From a virus (Duplodnaviria; Caudoviricetes), in the IMG/VR virus record IMGVR_UViG_3300045806_000152, positions 1 through 59,969 of that record: a stretch of DNA of 59,969 bases, one strand, 5' to 3'. Every line of letters starts with the position of its first letter. The stretch's first letter is position 1. The notes under the pieces are model-generated. The model was not told the DNA's origin and made no database searches. It was given only the letters and a program-made list of their open reading frames with translations. The position numbers and the translations under genes were made by a program. Below are positions 19,028 to 29,832 of this stretch, piece after piece.

Positions 19028-19510
19028 TTAAATAATATTTACCCAATCTAATATAATCATACCACTAATTGCTTCACAGGTTTTTAAATACCAATGAACC
19101 CTAGATAGTGTTTGTTCATTACCCTTAATTGCAACAATAAAAATTCCTTGCAAGTCTGTAAATTGTACTCTTTCAGATTTCACTCCAATAATTGTTGCAA
19201 TATTATGCATTCTTTCTTTGTATTCCAATGTTCCAGGGAAAGTTACAATCATTATTTTTGTTGTCTCTACATCAGCTAATTGTCCACTATATGGACCTTC
19301 TTGAGGATCAGGGTCAGCCGATAAGACTTTTTTAGGCTTCACTTTAGCTACTACAATCAGGGTTTCTTTTGGCGGTAATTTTTCCTTAGGAGGATCTCTA
19401 TACATATTCCTAATTTCATTTTTAAGTTCCTGAGTAACTACCGTTGTTGGTACTTTAAATGGTACTTTTGGAGGTTCTTTGGTTGGTATCTTAAATGTTG
19501 GCAATGCCAT
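19028..19510 (-). CDS. Hypothetical protein with Pro/Lys-rich N-terminus carrying FKIP and FKVP
   Basis: 160-aa ORF in operon. Confidence 0.7.
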   Translation of the reverse strand: MALPTFKIPTKEPPKVPFKVPTTVVTQELKNEIRNMYRDPPKEKLPPKETLIVVAKVKPKKVLSADPDPQEGPYSGQLADVETTKIMIVTFPGTLEYKERMHNIATIIGVKSERVQFTDLQGIFIVAIKGNEQTLSRVHWYLKTCEAISGMIILDWVNII

Positions 19511-19660
19511 AATTATGCCGCCTCTGATCCATTATCGTTATCATTAGAAGGTATACCTTTTAAACTATAATTATTATGCATAATTATAATAAACTCCTTT
19601 TCTCTTATTACAGGTAAGGATTTTATCCCACAAAATACTATTATAGGATATTTTTTAGTT

Positions 19661-19969
19661 TCACTCGGAAGTAGAGATAACATCTGTTTTATTGTTTCCA
19701 TTATTTTCTCTTTGTTCCCATATGACTTCAGTTACTTTCCCTTCTTTATCTTGCTTAGTAACTCTTATGCAGTTACCCACACTATCTTCAGTAACTACAA
19801 TATTATCTTTTGTAATAACAGTAATATGACATTGCGAGCGTAATTGGCTAACTTCATTTCTTGAATTCATAAGCATTGTAGAAAACTCTTGTTGAGAGTA
19901 TTCCCGCCATTGACCATGCTGATTTTTAAACTGTATTACATTACTTACAATACGTTCTTCATGAAACAT
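19661..19969 (-). CDS. Hypothetical protein
   Basis: ORF in operon. Confidence 0.6.
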   Translation of the reverse strand: MFHEERIVSNVIQFKNQHGQWREYSQQEFSTMLMNSRNEVSQLRSQCHITVITKDNIVVTEDSVGNCIRVTKQDKEGKVTEVIWEQRENNGNNKTDVISTSE

Positions 19970-20198
19970 TTTTTATCCCATTAAATTTCTCAGATATGGT
20001 CGCGATTATTTCAACTTCTGCTACAAGTCTATCTAAAGGGTCTTTAAATATTTTCACTTTCATTGGTTTACTTATACCTAATGCTGTTCGAGCATGATTA
20101 ACTACTGCGTCTTTTATATCAGCTTCATTTAAAGATATTCTCATAGAGTAACTCCTTGTAATTATAAAATCGTAAATACCTCCCCTGAACTTTCAATA

Positions 20199-20245
20199 GG
20201 CATCTCAATGGAAGTTCTCTAATGAGAATTTACCTATGAGATGCC
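20199..20245. promoter_or_regulatory. Long bulged hairpin downstream of nrdJ (processing or termination site)
   Basis: ggcatctca/tgagatgcc outer arms with inner ttctc/gagaa stem. Confidence 0.5.
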
Positions 20246-20256
20246 CCTTTATTTAA

Positions 20257-23200
20257 TTACCTTACTGGGCAAACACCACCTGCGCAATCACTATCACCTT
20301 CATCAAAGTTTAATGAGGATATTTTTGTAATAATACGAGTCTTAGCTACAAGCTCATTGTATTCTTCTTCAGTTACTTCTTCATAGGGTGCTTGCTTGAA
20401 GCCATGATCAGAATGAAGAAGGAATGAGAGACTCTTATGATTATCTTTATAATTCTTAAACAGGTATTCCTTAATTGCAGGTAATTCTTCTTTCTTGTAG
20501 TATATTGTGCAGCTTACTGAATTATCACTCCACTCAGTTTGCATACGTTTAATCCAAGCAAGTTGATCCAAAGCAGTCATGTCTTTTGCTAGGATTGTAC
20601 CTTTTGGATAAGCATAGGGGAATGTTACAATGAGTGTATTACGATCTTCTTTACCATCAAATCCTACTTGGTATTCTATTGGATACCCATGATCACGACA
20701 TAGTTGAACTAAAGGATGTTCAGCTGCTATCCGAATTCTTCTATACATGAATTGAGCGTAACCGGGGTGGATACCAGGTGTTACGCCAGGAATTAGTGAT
20801 AAAGTATTATGGCTTACATAACTACCAGCAATATAACAATTATTTACTTTCACTTCTATATCAAAAGTGTAGTTTTCTGATTCAGTCTTATTAACTACAG
20901 TATCAAAACTAAAATTATCTAAACCAATTGAGTCTAATTGCTTCCAAGTACTTTTTACTTCATTCTTAATATACCTATCGTCTGCATACCTTCCTTTTCT
21001 CTCTGATATCCAATATCTCATCTTAGTACCAAATGAAGACTCTGTTGGAGGCATTTCACTAACTTTTGCGTCTATCCCTAAATAACGAAGGATTACAGGT
21101 AGCTGCTGCGCAAGTTTATATGAAACTGTAGTCCATGTTCGAGTATCTTTATTCTTATAACCATCTCCAGCAAAGAATCCCTCTAAAAATGACAATATTA
21201 TATTTTTAGGTGATTTTCTTATAATCAAAGGTATTTCTAGATTTTCAGATTTTTGTTTCAATAAACCATTAGCAGATAGCCAATTTAGAATAGGCTGGCT
21301 AGTTGCATAAAGGTCTAAATTAATAGTACCTGGACGTTCATATAATTTCGCCTCATAATTTAATTCAGATTTAAATAGAGATATAAGGTTATTCATATGA
21401 TTAAGTTTTGTGGTTGTATTACCTGCAATACGTATACCTTTTGTATGATTACTACCATCTGCAAAGTATGAACCCAAAATAAAAGCTAAGCCTTCTGAGA
21501 TAAACTCTGGTTGAAATATAGGTGTAGATCTACCACCAAATACTATTTTAGTTAAAGGTTGACTGGAACCACCATTATATCCACCAACTTTATATGGTAT
21601 CTTATCGCCTACTTCTATATCTTTCATCGCTTTCCAAATATACTCACCAGAGTCTGTCAATACACGATATTGATGATTATGTGTACTTTCTAAAAGTATC
21701 CCACCGTCTGTTACTATTTTAATAGTGTCTGCAATACCATTAACAAAGAACTTAGACGCCATTTCATTAGATCTCTCTTGCGCGATAGGTAATTCTATAT
21801 CTTGCCAGTCTTCGCCTTCAGTATCACCGATTTCATCTAAATATAATAAACCATTTTCAGTCAATAAAAGAGTCTCTCTTATACTACAACCACTAGGCTT
21901 GATCGTAGTAAGCTTAATAGACTCATTAATATTATGAATTTCACTATATCTTTTATCGAAATCACGTAAGTACTCATACCCTTCATTTAGCCAACTGAGT
22001 TGTTCTTCTGATGCCTGTAGTACACCTGTTAGCCCAATTCCCATGCGCATATTTTTGTGCACAATATCTTCTGTATCAGGTTGGTGGCAAGGTAATAGTA
22101 GTGAATGTTTGCATACTCGGTATAGCAATTCAAGTACATCAATAAATTCCTCCTTTGATTCAATATTTGGAAGGAATACCTCTGCGAGACAACATGTCTC
22201 ATACGAGGCCAAGCTTTGTTCTGCACCTTTATTTGTTACTCCAGATTTTAATCTGGGGTTAAGTCATTTCTGCTTAACTCTCTATATCCCTATAGAGAAC
22301 GGACTGTATCATCACCCATAGGTTGGCTTATGGGTTTCTTTGTCAGTCTCTCGCGCCTCTTTAAAACGATATTCCAGTATCGTTTAGGTGTTGCGTCGGA
22401 AGTTGTCTGTTCTAGAGTTTCTCCGATATTCAGATTTAATCGATATACATTACTGCATATAGCCGCTGGCATTCAACGGATTATAACCTTCTACATCAGG
22501 GTCTGGATAGTTGTCATCTCCCAATCGCCCATATTTACGGGAAAGTGGGAGATTAATTAATCCAAACGGTTCACCTTTGCCTTCGTAGCCCTCCCAAAAG
22601 TAGTCGTGAACATCTTCCATGTTATCTACAGCTACACTATTATTTGACATTGCACGCCAAGATGGTACATTTCCAAGAGACCAATGTTTACTAAGAAGAA
22701 ATTCAACATCACTAGGATCCCCTATAGCAATTTGAGCACTTCTGCGAACGTTTCCTGCAACAATAATATACCCAATAATATTCATGATATCTAAAGCATC
22801 AATTGAGCGTATCTTTTTACCACGGCGTTTCATTAGTATCTCCGAGATCTTTTGGATACCCCAACAAAGTTCTTCACAACCAGAAGCGACTCCGCCAAAA
22901 CCTTTAATAGGTTTACCTTTACTACGTATAGCTTGAGTAGAATAAGTAAAGGTTCCTTTTTCTTTCTTGGTGGACATGAAGGCTGCTTTAAGCGTTTTAC
23001 CAAGAAGCCGAACCCACCCTTCTCTTGAATCAGGCACAATAAAGTCAGCTCCGCCATCATCAAATCTTGTAGGGGCACTAAACCAATCACGAACTACTGG
23101 AAGCTTTTCCACATGCTTACGCTGAATATTATAACCCACACCTGATCCCAGAGCTAACATATCCATAGCCCAAATGAATGGTGTAATAGGATGATCTACA

Positions 23201-23529
23201 ACAGTAAAGGCACAATTTTGAAGAGAAGCTAGACCTAAATTATCAACTGTTTTTGTACCAAGCTGCCACCAGAATCTGCCTGCTACTGATCCTTTTAATT
23301 TCAACAAGTATTCTCTAAGACGATTTTCTTCATCTGCAGTAAAACCTATTTTAAGTTGGTCTTTGCATGCGTTTATTACCCGTGCTACTGTGTCTGGAAA
23401 CTCCTCTGTCTCTGCCGTATCTGAATAATCTTCAGGGTTTAATTTACGACTATAAGTGCGTTTATAAGTTAAATAGCCAACAGTACTAAAGGGTGTTTCA
23501 ATATTTTCAGGGTTATTTTTGTTATGCAT
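20257..23529 (-). CDS. nrdJ: Class II (AdoCbl-dependent) ribonucleotide reductase; exons 23529-22476 and 22226-20257; contains an intein
   Basis: TYKRTYSR, NCAF, VAGNVRRSA, spliced GYNP-C-AEQ, TTIKPSG/TLS, C-terminal CAGGVCP. Confidence 0.93.
20806..21888 (-). mobile_element. Intein (361 aa) with LAGLIDADG endonuclease in NrdJ
   Basis: KPSG|CSIRET ... YVSHN|TLS junctions; LGSYFADG and FLEGFFAGDG motifs. Confidence 0.92.
22227..22475 (-). mobile_element. ORF-less group I intron (249 nt) in nrdJ
   Basis: P1 CCGU/GCGG with U-G pair at the splice site, R-like AGAGACUG, S-like GAUACAGUCC, terminal G; splicing restores the TGT Cys codon. Confidence 0.88.
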
Positions 23530-23547
23530 ATTTACCTTTTATTGTTA

Positions 23548-24045
23548 TTATTTTATTACTGCAAGTTCACCATACAACTCTTTTGCCTTTGTGTTGTATG
23601 CTTCCTGTGCATCTTTTTGTTCATCAAAACAGCCCAGATAATAATTCTTTTTATATTTCACAACAATAGCCTCCCACTTATCTAGGTCTTTTCGATAGAA
23701 TATCCCCTTACTTATAATCTTACCTGATTTGTCCTTATTACGGAAGCATCTATGTTGTCTTTCAGTAAATGTTCTTAATACAAGATTATCTATTTCACAT
23801 ACTTTTGCTTTAGTTTCAATCATCGATACGACATGACCTTTAGGTATTTTATTATGAATGGCTATCCAAAGTACCCTAGGTAATGATTTTAACGAGCCTT
23901 TTACATATACCCTAAAGCAGCCATCTGTATCTTTTTTTCCAGCTATCTTTGCTATACCCTCGATGCTATTCTTATAGAGTATTCCATTTATTACAGAGAA
24001 ATCTTCTAATACATCTGATTGTTTAATATCTTTAATTTTTGACAT
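23548..24045 (-). CDS. HNH-AP2-type endonuclease-like protein with degenerate HNH core
   Basis: C-terminal AP2-like KGIFY..KWEA...YLGCFD...AQEAYN..AKELYGE; catalytic His/Asn not evident. Confidence 0.7.
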   Translation of the reverse strand: MSKIKDIKQSDVLEDFSVINGILYKNSIEGIAKIAGKKDTDGCFRVYVKGSLKSLPRVLWIAIHNKIPKGHVVSMIETKAKVCEIDNLVLRTFTERQHRCFRNKDKSGKIISKGIFYRKDLDKWEAIVVKYKKNYYLGCFDEQKDAQEAYNTKAKELYGELAVIK

Positions 24046-24057
24046 AACAATTCCTTA

Positions 24058-24603
24058 TTAATGCTTCCAAATAACCTCATCATTTTTATTAGTATATCTT
24101 GCCAGAATAAATAATAAATCACTAAGTCTATTAAGATAAACACAAATATTATCACTAGGTTTTCCAAGATATTCTCGAAAACCATGGATAGTTCTTTCAG
24201 AGCGCCTAGCTACAGCACGCGCGATATGCAGCTTAACACTAAGTACTGATCCTCGTGGTAAAATAAACTTCTTTAAAGGTGGAAGCAATTGATTATAATA
24301 TATAATATTTCTATCTAATTGGTTTATATATTTCTTAGAGAATGTCTTAGGTATACCAAATATATTAGGCTCATCTTGGGATAGTTTTGCACCAATAACA
24401 AACAAATCATCTTGAATTATATAAAGCAAATTTAAGATACTTATACTGTTTGTTTGATTAGTAACATCACCTATGAAACAATTTAGCTCATCAATTGCAC
24501 CAATAGCTTCCATTTGTAATGAACTCTTTGATGTACGAGAACCGTCTGCCCTTCCTGTAGACCCATCATCACCTGTTTTAGTTGTTACGATATTTTTTGC
24601 CAT
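24058..24603 (-). CDS. pduO: ATP:cob(I)alamin adenosyltransferase (PduO type)
   Basis: TKTGDDGST, GAIDELN, FILPRG, ARAVARRSER, YLNRLSDLLFILARY. Confidence 0.93.
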   Translation of the reverse strand: MAKNIVTTKTGDDGSTGRADGSRTSKSSLQMEAIGAIDELNCFIGDVTNQTNSISILNLLYIIQDDLFVIGAKLSQDEPNIFGIPKTFSKKYINQLDRNIIYYNQLLPPLKKFILPRGSVLSVKLHIARAVARRSERTIHGFREYLGKPSDNICVYLNRLSDLLFILARYTNKNDEVIWKH

Positions 24604-25316
24604 AAATCCTTCCTTGACTCACAGTCTCTATCTATTTCACCATTTACCCAAATCTCAAAAATAGTTTTTCTGAAGTCTTCAACAGTATCTATAGATATTA
24701 CTCTTGACTCATCAATATTATATTTCTTTAATAAGTTGTTTACTATATGAACTTTTTGTTGTGAATAGAATCTCTCATGTCTATCACGATCTTCAATAAC
24801 ATAGCTTATACAATCAATCATACTAGTCTTTCCTTATTTTACTATGAAATATTGGTTTATTTAAACCTAGTGAATTAACTAGATACTCATGTTTCTCTTG
24901 AAGTTTTTCTATATGATGTACTAATGCATGTATTAAATCGGTATCATTCTCCACATTATAAAAATCATAAAGTTTATGAGCTTCTATACCTGCATTAAAT
25001 AACCTTGTTTCTTCTGCTGCTACAGCAAGTAACTTTTCTTCAATAGTTTTTAACACCACCTTGCCTTCTTTCTATCAGTCAATTGTTTTAAATCTTTCAT
25101 TTTATTTTTATTCTTCTCAGCCTTAGTAACTTCTTTTTCAAATTTTTGTAAGAAGCTTGAGCCATAGGTATTAAAAGGATCATCAACTATAATTTTTGTA
25201 CATGTAGCCCCATATATATTGTGTTGTATATACTATGTGCATCTGCAGTTTCTACCACATCTTTAGCAAGATTGTGTCCATGTAGGAATGGTGCCATTTG
25301 GAATCATAGTTAACCC

Positions 25317-28300
25317 TCATAGATCTGTAAATTCCTCTTTTGGTATTTCATCTGCAGCTGTCAATCTACCTGTAGTATTATCATATCTAGCTCCTAAACA
25401 TGGACCAGTTAGACCTGTTGTACGACTCTTTAAACAACTAATTTTTATTAGATTTCTTTTATATTCATCTTCATTTGTCATATCTCGTGAGAAAGCAATA
25501 ATATCAAAACTAATCTGCTTAATACTTCCAGAGTTATGTGTTACTATATGGTTATCTAATAAAAACCTACCGTTACCACTTAATGTAAAACCATAGTAAT
25601 CTTGAATGTCTAGCTTTTCTATGATAACTCCTCTCTTTAATGGATTAGTATACCTGCTAGTATAATTAGGTTTTTGTGTTGGTATTTTATTGATATCACC
25701 TGATATTAGTACTTGAAAAATTATACTTCCATTAGAAGAGTAATACCCAGATATTAATTGTGATCTTATGCTACTATACAATCCAACAGACCTAGCTATC
25801 TTTTTAACATCATTAGCTAATTTCTCATCTTTTTGATAAAAACAAAAAGTTTTATCTCTAGTGGAGTACGACCCATCTGTGTCAATTAATCCAGCTAGTA
25901 ACTCCAATCTGTCTTCAATAGAACTATACTTATAACTAGTGGGTATGTGCTTATTTTCATAAACATTTAAAGATTTAAGTTTATTTAGCATCTCTCCTTT
26001 TTCAGATGTTACAAAGTTAAAATATTCATGATTTTTATCATTAGGGGGTGATAGCTTTGCATTAATTTCTTTGGCAACTCTATCCACTATACCTAAAGTG
26101 CTAGCATCCATAATCCTAAATGCAGATTTAGAGCCATCACCTAACCAAACACCTAATGAATAAGGGGGTATTAAAAGCTCTTTTTTAGGAAGTTCATACC
26201 CCACTGAGTAATGCTGTTTACATCTAAACCTATAGCTATCACTTGTTTTTAAAAAAGCTTTTACTGAAATATCAAACATTTTATCATTATATGATAATGT
26301 TAGTATATGATCCTCATTACAAATAAATTGGTCGCCAGATGTTTTCATAGTAACTCTATACATTTGTTGAGATCCTCTAATTAGATTTAAAACCTCTCTA
26401 GGTGTTCCATCATCTCCTATCAATACATCTCCAACTTTTATGTCTTGTACAAGTTTTACATTACCATCACTAAGTATAACACCAGTGTTAATGGCTAAAC
26501 AACCTTTTATATCATCAATGGTTGGAAGCTTTCCTTCTTCAAAACTTTGCTTACCGTTTGGAGCTTTACGCAAATGAGAGACTAGCCCTATCCATACTGG
26601 GTGTTTCTTTACTAGCCTTAAGAGATCATTCATAATCTTATCAATAGCGGCGTTACCCTCAAGCTCACCAGAACCTTCTGATACCAAAATTGTCAAATGA
26701 TCTAAGAAAATTTCTTTGCATCCCATTAGGCACATATACTCAAGCATATCTACAATAGAACCATCATCGATTGAACCTTGATGGTCTAGTAGTAATACCC
26801 TATCTTCACCAAATACTGCATCAAAACCTACTTTTAAGTCCTCTAAAGAGACCTCCTCATTAGCAGGGTTTCTGTTAATATACATCCCTGATAATTTACG
26901 AGAAGTTTCTGCAGGAGATTCTTCTAAGGATACAATACCTACTTTGTAATCTTTAGAGGTGTTCTGAAGTGTATCAAGAATAATTTCTCTAAGGATTGTG
27001 CTTTTTCCGCTATTATGAGTAACTATAAAATTACCTAAAACAAATCGACCATTACCATCTACCTCAAAACCATAAAATTCATCAATACCTAGCTTTGTTA
27101 TTTCTGGTTTAAATCTTAATGGATTTTTTATTTGCTGCCTTGGTTTAGCTTTCTTTCTATTTAATGCAACTGGAATTTCTTCTAAACCATCACCACTAAC
27201 CCAAACTCTAAAACAATTACCAAATTTATTATTTTGCTGTTTTCCTTTTGTAGCTTGAAAACCTAGTGAATTTACTAATCTAATAAATTGATCAGTAATG
27301 GTTTCACTTTTTTGCGAAAATTCATAACCATTATTATGAGAGTCATAGCTACCATCTGTATCAAGTAACCCAGCAAGTAATTGTAATCTGTTTTCAATAC
27401 TAGAGCATAAATAACCTTCGGGGATATGTTTGTTATTTATTAATCCTAAAGAGTCTAATTTAGACTTTAAACCACCAAAATTACCATCTGAAAGCCCCCA
27501 TGAATATTCGGTTTTATGGTTTATAACAGATACACCATATGTTTCTAATCTAGCTAATATTTGATCACCTTCATTGGATAATCTAGCACCTGCTGAGTAT
27601 CCATCACCCAACCATACACCTAACACATACGGATGAATTATTGATTCATAATCATTAACAAACTCAACTAAACCCACTTTAAAAAGTTTTGATAGATGCT
27701 TTCTTTTATCTGACCATTTTAAGTAATCTGATAATTTTACATCGACTATTTCATCCTTAGAAAGCCCCCAACGACCTTCCCCATCGTTATTAACTAAAGA
27801 AAGTATATGAGATTCATTGCAATTAAAGTATTCACCACCTCTTATTGAAATCCGATACATCTGCTCCATACCTCTAAACAATGTTAAAACATTTCTAGGT
27901 AAGTTATCATCTCCCATAATTACATCACCAATGGAAATATCTTCTACTTTCTTTTTACTGCCGTCAATCATAAGTATTTCAGTTCCCTTGGTAAAACAAC
28001 CTGTCCCAGAAATGAATAAAGCAATCTCACCTTCCCTACGTCCTTTTATTTTAGTATTTAAACCAGCTAAACATGCAGGGTATGGCACGGCTATCTTATC
28101 ATTATATTCAGAAAGCTGTTTCCAAAGTTCTTCTTTACCAATAATACCTGCTGGAGTCCATGCCTGTGCATCCCAAATACAATGTAGTAAGGTAGACCCA
28201 CCATGCTTTAATAAGACTTCATTAGGATCTTTATCAGGTAATTTTGCTATCTTAACCTTGTCTACACCGATAATACGAATCGCTTGACTAGTAGCCTCTT

Positions 28301-28976
28301 GCCCAGCTTTATCATTATCAAAACATAAGATAACTTCGTCGAAACTTCGAAGCCACTCACGATCATCTAATAATTTCTTTACAAGAGTTGCTGAAGGGAT
28401 AGATATAACAGGGTAGAATTTTTGATACTTATCATAGTAAGCCTTAGCTATAGACATAGCATCAAGCTCACCTTCAGTTATTACCAACCTTTTACCACCA
28501 CCAGGAAACTTATTTTTTCCAAATAAGCCTTTAAGACCTCCAATATATGAAAATATTTTTGGTAATTTTCTTACCTTATAACTTACATGGTCGCCATCAA
28601 TATAAGGATAATAATGTGCATCAATTTCACCTGCAGAATTATATGTGACTCTTACATCATAAAACTCACATACATTCTTGGTGATATCTCTTTCTTTAAA
28701 ACCTCTTATAGGGTAAGTAAGAATTTCTTCAATTTTTGAATTATCACTTTTAGCTATCCCTTCTTCAACAGAAACATTTTCTGTTTCAACTTTAAAGAAA
28801 TCTTCTGTATTAGGATCCTTTTTGGGTTTCATCTTAGGCGCAAATTTCGGTACATTAAAAGGTGTATTGCATGAGAAACAAAAACTTGAACCATCCTCAT
28901 ATATCTGCAGTGCATCGCTACTACAACATTTAGCTTGATCTAAACATGGTTGTGCTGCTTTAACTATCTTGCCCAT
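25317..28976 (-). CDS. T7 gp4-like primase-helicase (567 aa after removal of two inteins)
   Basis: Zn ribbon (SSDAL..FCFSC), TOPRIM ITEGELDA and FDNDKAG, Walker A GTG/SGKS, LDHL, VSHLRK, DIKG/SGSIKQ. Confidence 0.95.
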   Translation of the reverse strand: MGKIVKAAQPCLDQAKCCSSDALQIYEDGSSFCFSCNTPFNVPKFAPKMKPKKDPNTEDFFKVETENVSVEEGIAKSDNSKIEEILTYPIRGFKERDITKNVCEFYDVRVTYNSAGEIDAHYYPYIDGDHVSYKVRKLPKIFSYIGGLKGLFGKNKFPGGGKRLVITEGELDAMSIAKAYYDKYQKFYPVISIPSATLVKKLLDDREWLRSFDEVILCFDNDKAGQEATSQAIRIIGVDKVKIAKLPDKDPNEVLLKHGGSTLLHCIWDAQAWTPAGIIGKEELWKQLSEYNDKIAVPYPACLAGLNTKIKGRREGEIALFISGTGCFTKGTEILMIDGSKKKVEDISIGDVIMGDDNLPRNVLTLFRGMEQMYRISIRGGEYFNCNESHILSLVNNDGEGRWGLSKDEIVDVKLSDYLKWSDKRKHLSKLFKVGLVEFVNDYESIIHPYVLGVWLGDGYSAGARLSNEGDQILARLETYGVSVINHKTEYSWGLSDGNFGGLKSKLDSLGLINNKHIPEGYLCSSIENRLQLLAGLLDTDGSYDSHNNGYEFSQKSETITDQFIRLVNSLGFQATKGKQQNNKFGNCFRVWVSGDGLEEIPVALNRKKAKPRQQIKNPLRFKPEITKLGIDEFYGFEVDGNGRFVLGNFIVTHNSGKSTILREIILDTLQNTSKDYKVGIVSLEESPAETSRKLSGMYINRNPANEEVSLEDLKVGFDAVFGEDRVLLLDHQGSIDDGSIVDMLEYMCLMGCKEIFLDHLTILVSEGSGELEGNAAIDKIMNDLLRLVKKHPVWIGLVSHLRKAPNGKQSFEEGKLPTIDDIKGCLAINTGVILSDGNVKLVQDIKVGDVLIGDDGTPREVLNLIRGSQQMYRVTMKTSGDQFICNEDHILTLSYNDKMFDISVKAFLKTSDSYRFRCKQHYSVGYELPKKELLIPPYSLGVWLGDGSKSAFRIMDASTLGIVDRVAKEINAKLSPPNDKNHEYFNFVTSEKGEMLNKLKSLNVYENKHIPTSYKYSSIEDRLELLAGLIDTDGSYSTRDKTFCFYQKDEKLANDVKKIARSVGLYSSIRSQLISGYYSSNGSIIFQVLISGDINKIPTQKPNYTSRYTNPLKRGVIIEKLDIQDYYGFTLSGNGRFLLDNHIVTHNSGSIKQISFDIIAFSRDMTNEDEYKRNLIKISCLKSRTTGLTGPCLGARYDNTTGRLTAADEIPKEEFTDL
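25533..26501 (-). mobile_element. Intein 2 (323 aa, LAGLIDADG) in helicase motif H4
   Basis: DIKG|CLAINT ... IVTHN|SGS; LLAGLIDTDG. Confidence 0.93.
27012..27998 (-). mobile_element. Intein 1 (329 aa, LAGLIDADG) in the helicase Walker A
   Basis: SGTG|CFTKGT ... IVTHN|SGKS; LLAGLLDTDG. Confidence 0.93.
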
Positions 28977-29152
28977 AAAATTCCTTTATTCAATTTCCCT
29001 AAGTATACCTAGAGCTATGAATGAAACAATTGCTATAATAAAGTAGTCTATTGGCTGCGCATTAATTCCAATTTTTTCAATCGCTGTATAAGTGGCTATA
29101 CCTGCGAATAAACCCCCAGATATTAAAAGAATAAATATTATAAATAATTTCA

Positions 29153-29593
29153 TTAAAAAGGTACCTTCTCAAATATTATCTCATCAACACCCATACCACA
29201 ACCTTCTTCAAAATGGCTAGCTACTAAAACAGCCTCTCTAGCAGATTTGCCAAGGTACATTGCCGCTAATGCATAGTCTCTACCAGAACCTGTGGCAAAA
29301 ATAGAATCTTCATATACAATTGGGCAATGTGTGTATCCATAGGTTATTACACTGTTTCTATCTGCAACAACTAATATTGCATCATCTTCACCTTTTTGAA
29401 ATTCAGGATAATCATTAGGGTTACAACCTTTTTTATACCATTCTAATAAAGCTAAACCCTGAGATATATACCCGGCAATTCCAATACCTTTTCCTTGATA
29501 TTCAAACACTTTCGTAACAGTTCTTCTTAAACCATTACTTGTACATTGTTTATCTGCAGCTAAAGAATCTCCATCCCATGCTATAATTGTAAT
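29153..29593 (-). CDS. HslV/proteasome-type Ntn hydrolase; probable ATT start
   Basis: TIIAWDG..LAAD N-terminus and ATGSGRDYALAAM. Confidence 0.75.
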   Translation of the reverse strand: MTIIAWDGDSLAADKQCTSNGLRRTVTKVFEYQGKGIGIAGYISQGLALLEWYKKGCNPNDYPEFQKGEDDAILVVADRNSVITYGYTHCPIVYEDSIFATGSGRDYALAAMYLGKSAREAVLVASHFEEGCGMGVDEIIFEKVPF

Positions 29594-29594
29594 T

Positions 29595-29813
29595 TTAATT
29601 CCTTTCAATTGTTTTAAGTTCACTGAAGTCATCTTCAAATCCACATTCTGGACATATCACAGTATCTCCAGGATCCATACCTGATAACTCTTGTATAATC
29701 GCATCCTCTCCATAATAATCTTTTAAAGCATTATACCACTTCTCACTATCTGAAATTTCTTTACATGAATCACATCTATAATTGGTATAAACTTTCATTC
29801 CTAAATTCTCCAA
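29595..29813 (-). CDS. Small zinc-ribbon protein
   Basis: CDSC...CPECG. Confidence 0.6.
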   Translation of the reverse strand: MENLGMKVYTNYRCDSCKEISDSEKWYNALKDYYGEDAIIQELSGMDPGDTVICPECGFEDDFSELKTIERN

Positions 29814-29832
29814 AATAAACTCTTATTATTTG

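Noticed and set aside
22290-22560. Small ORFs inside the nrdJ intron
   Set aside because: They overlap conserved intron core elements and have no endonuclease motifs.
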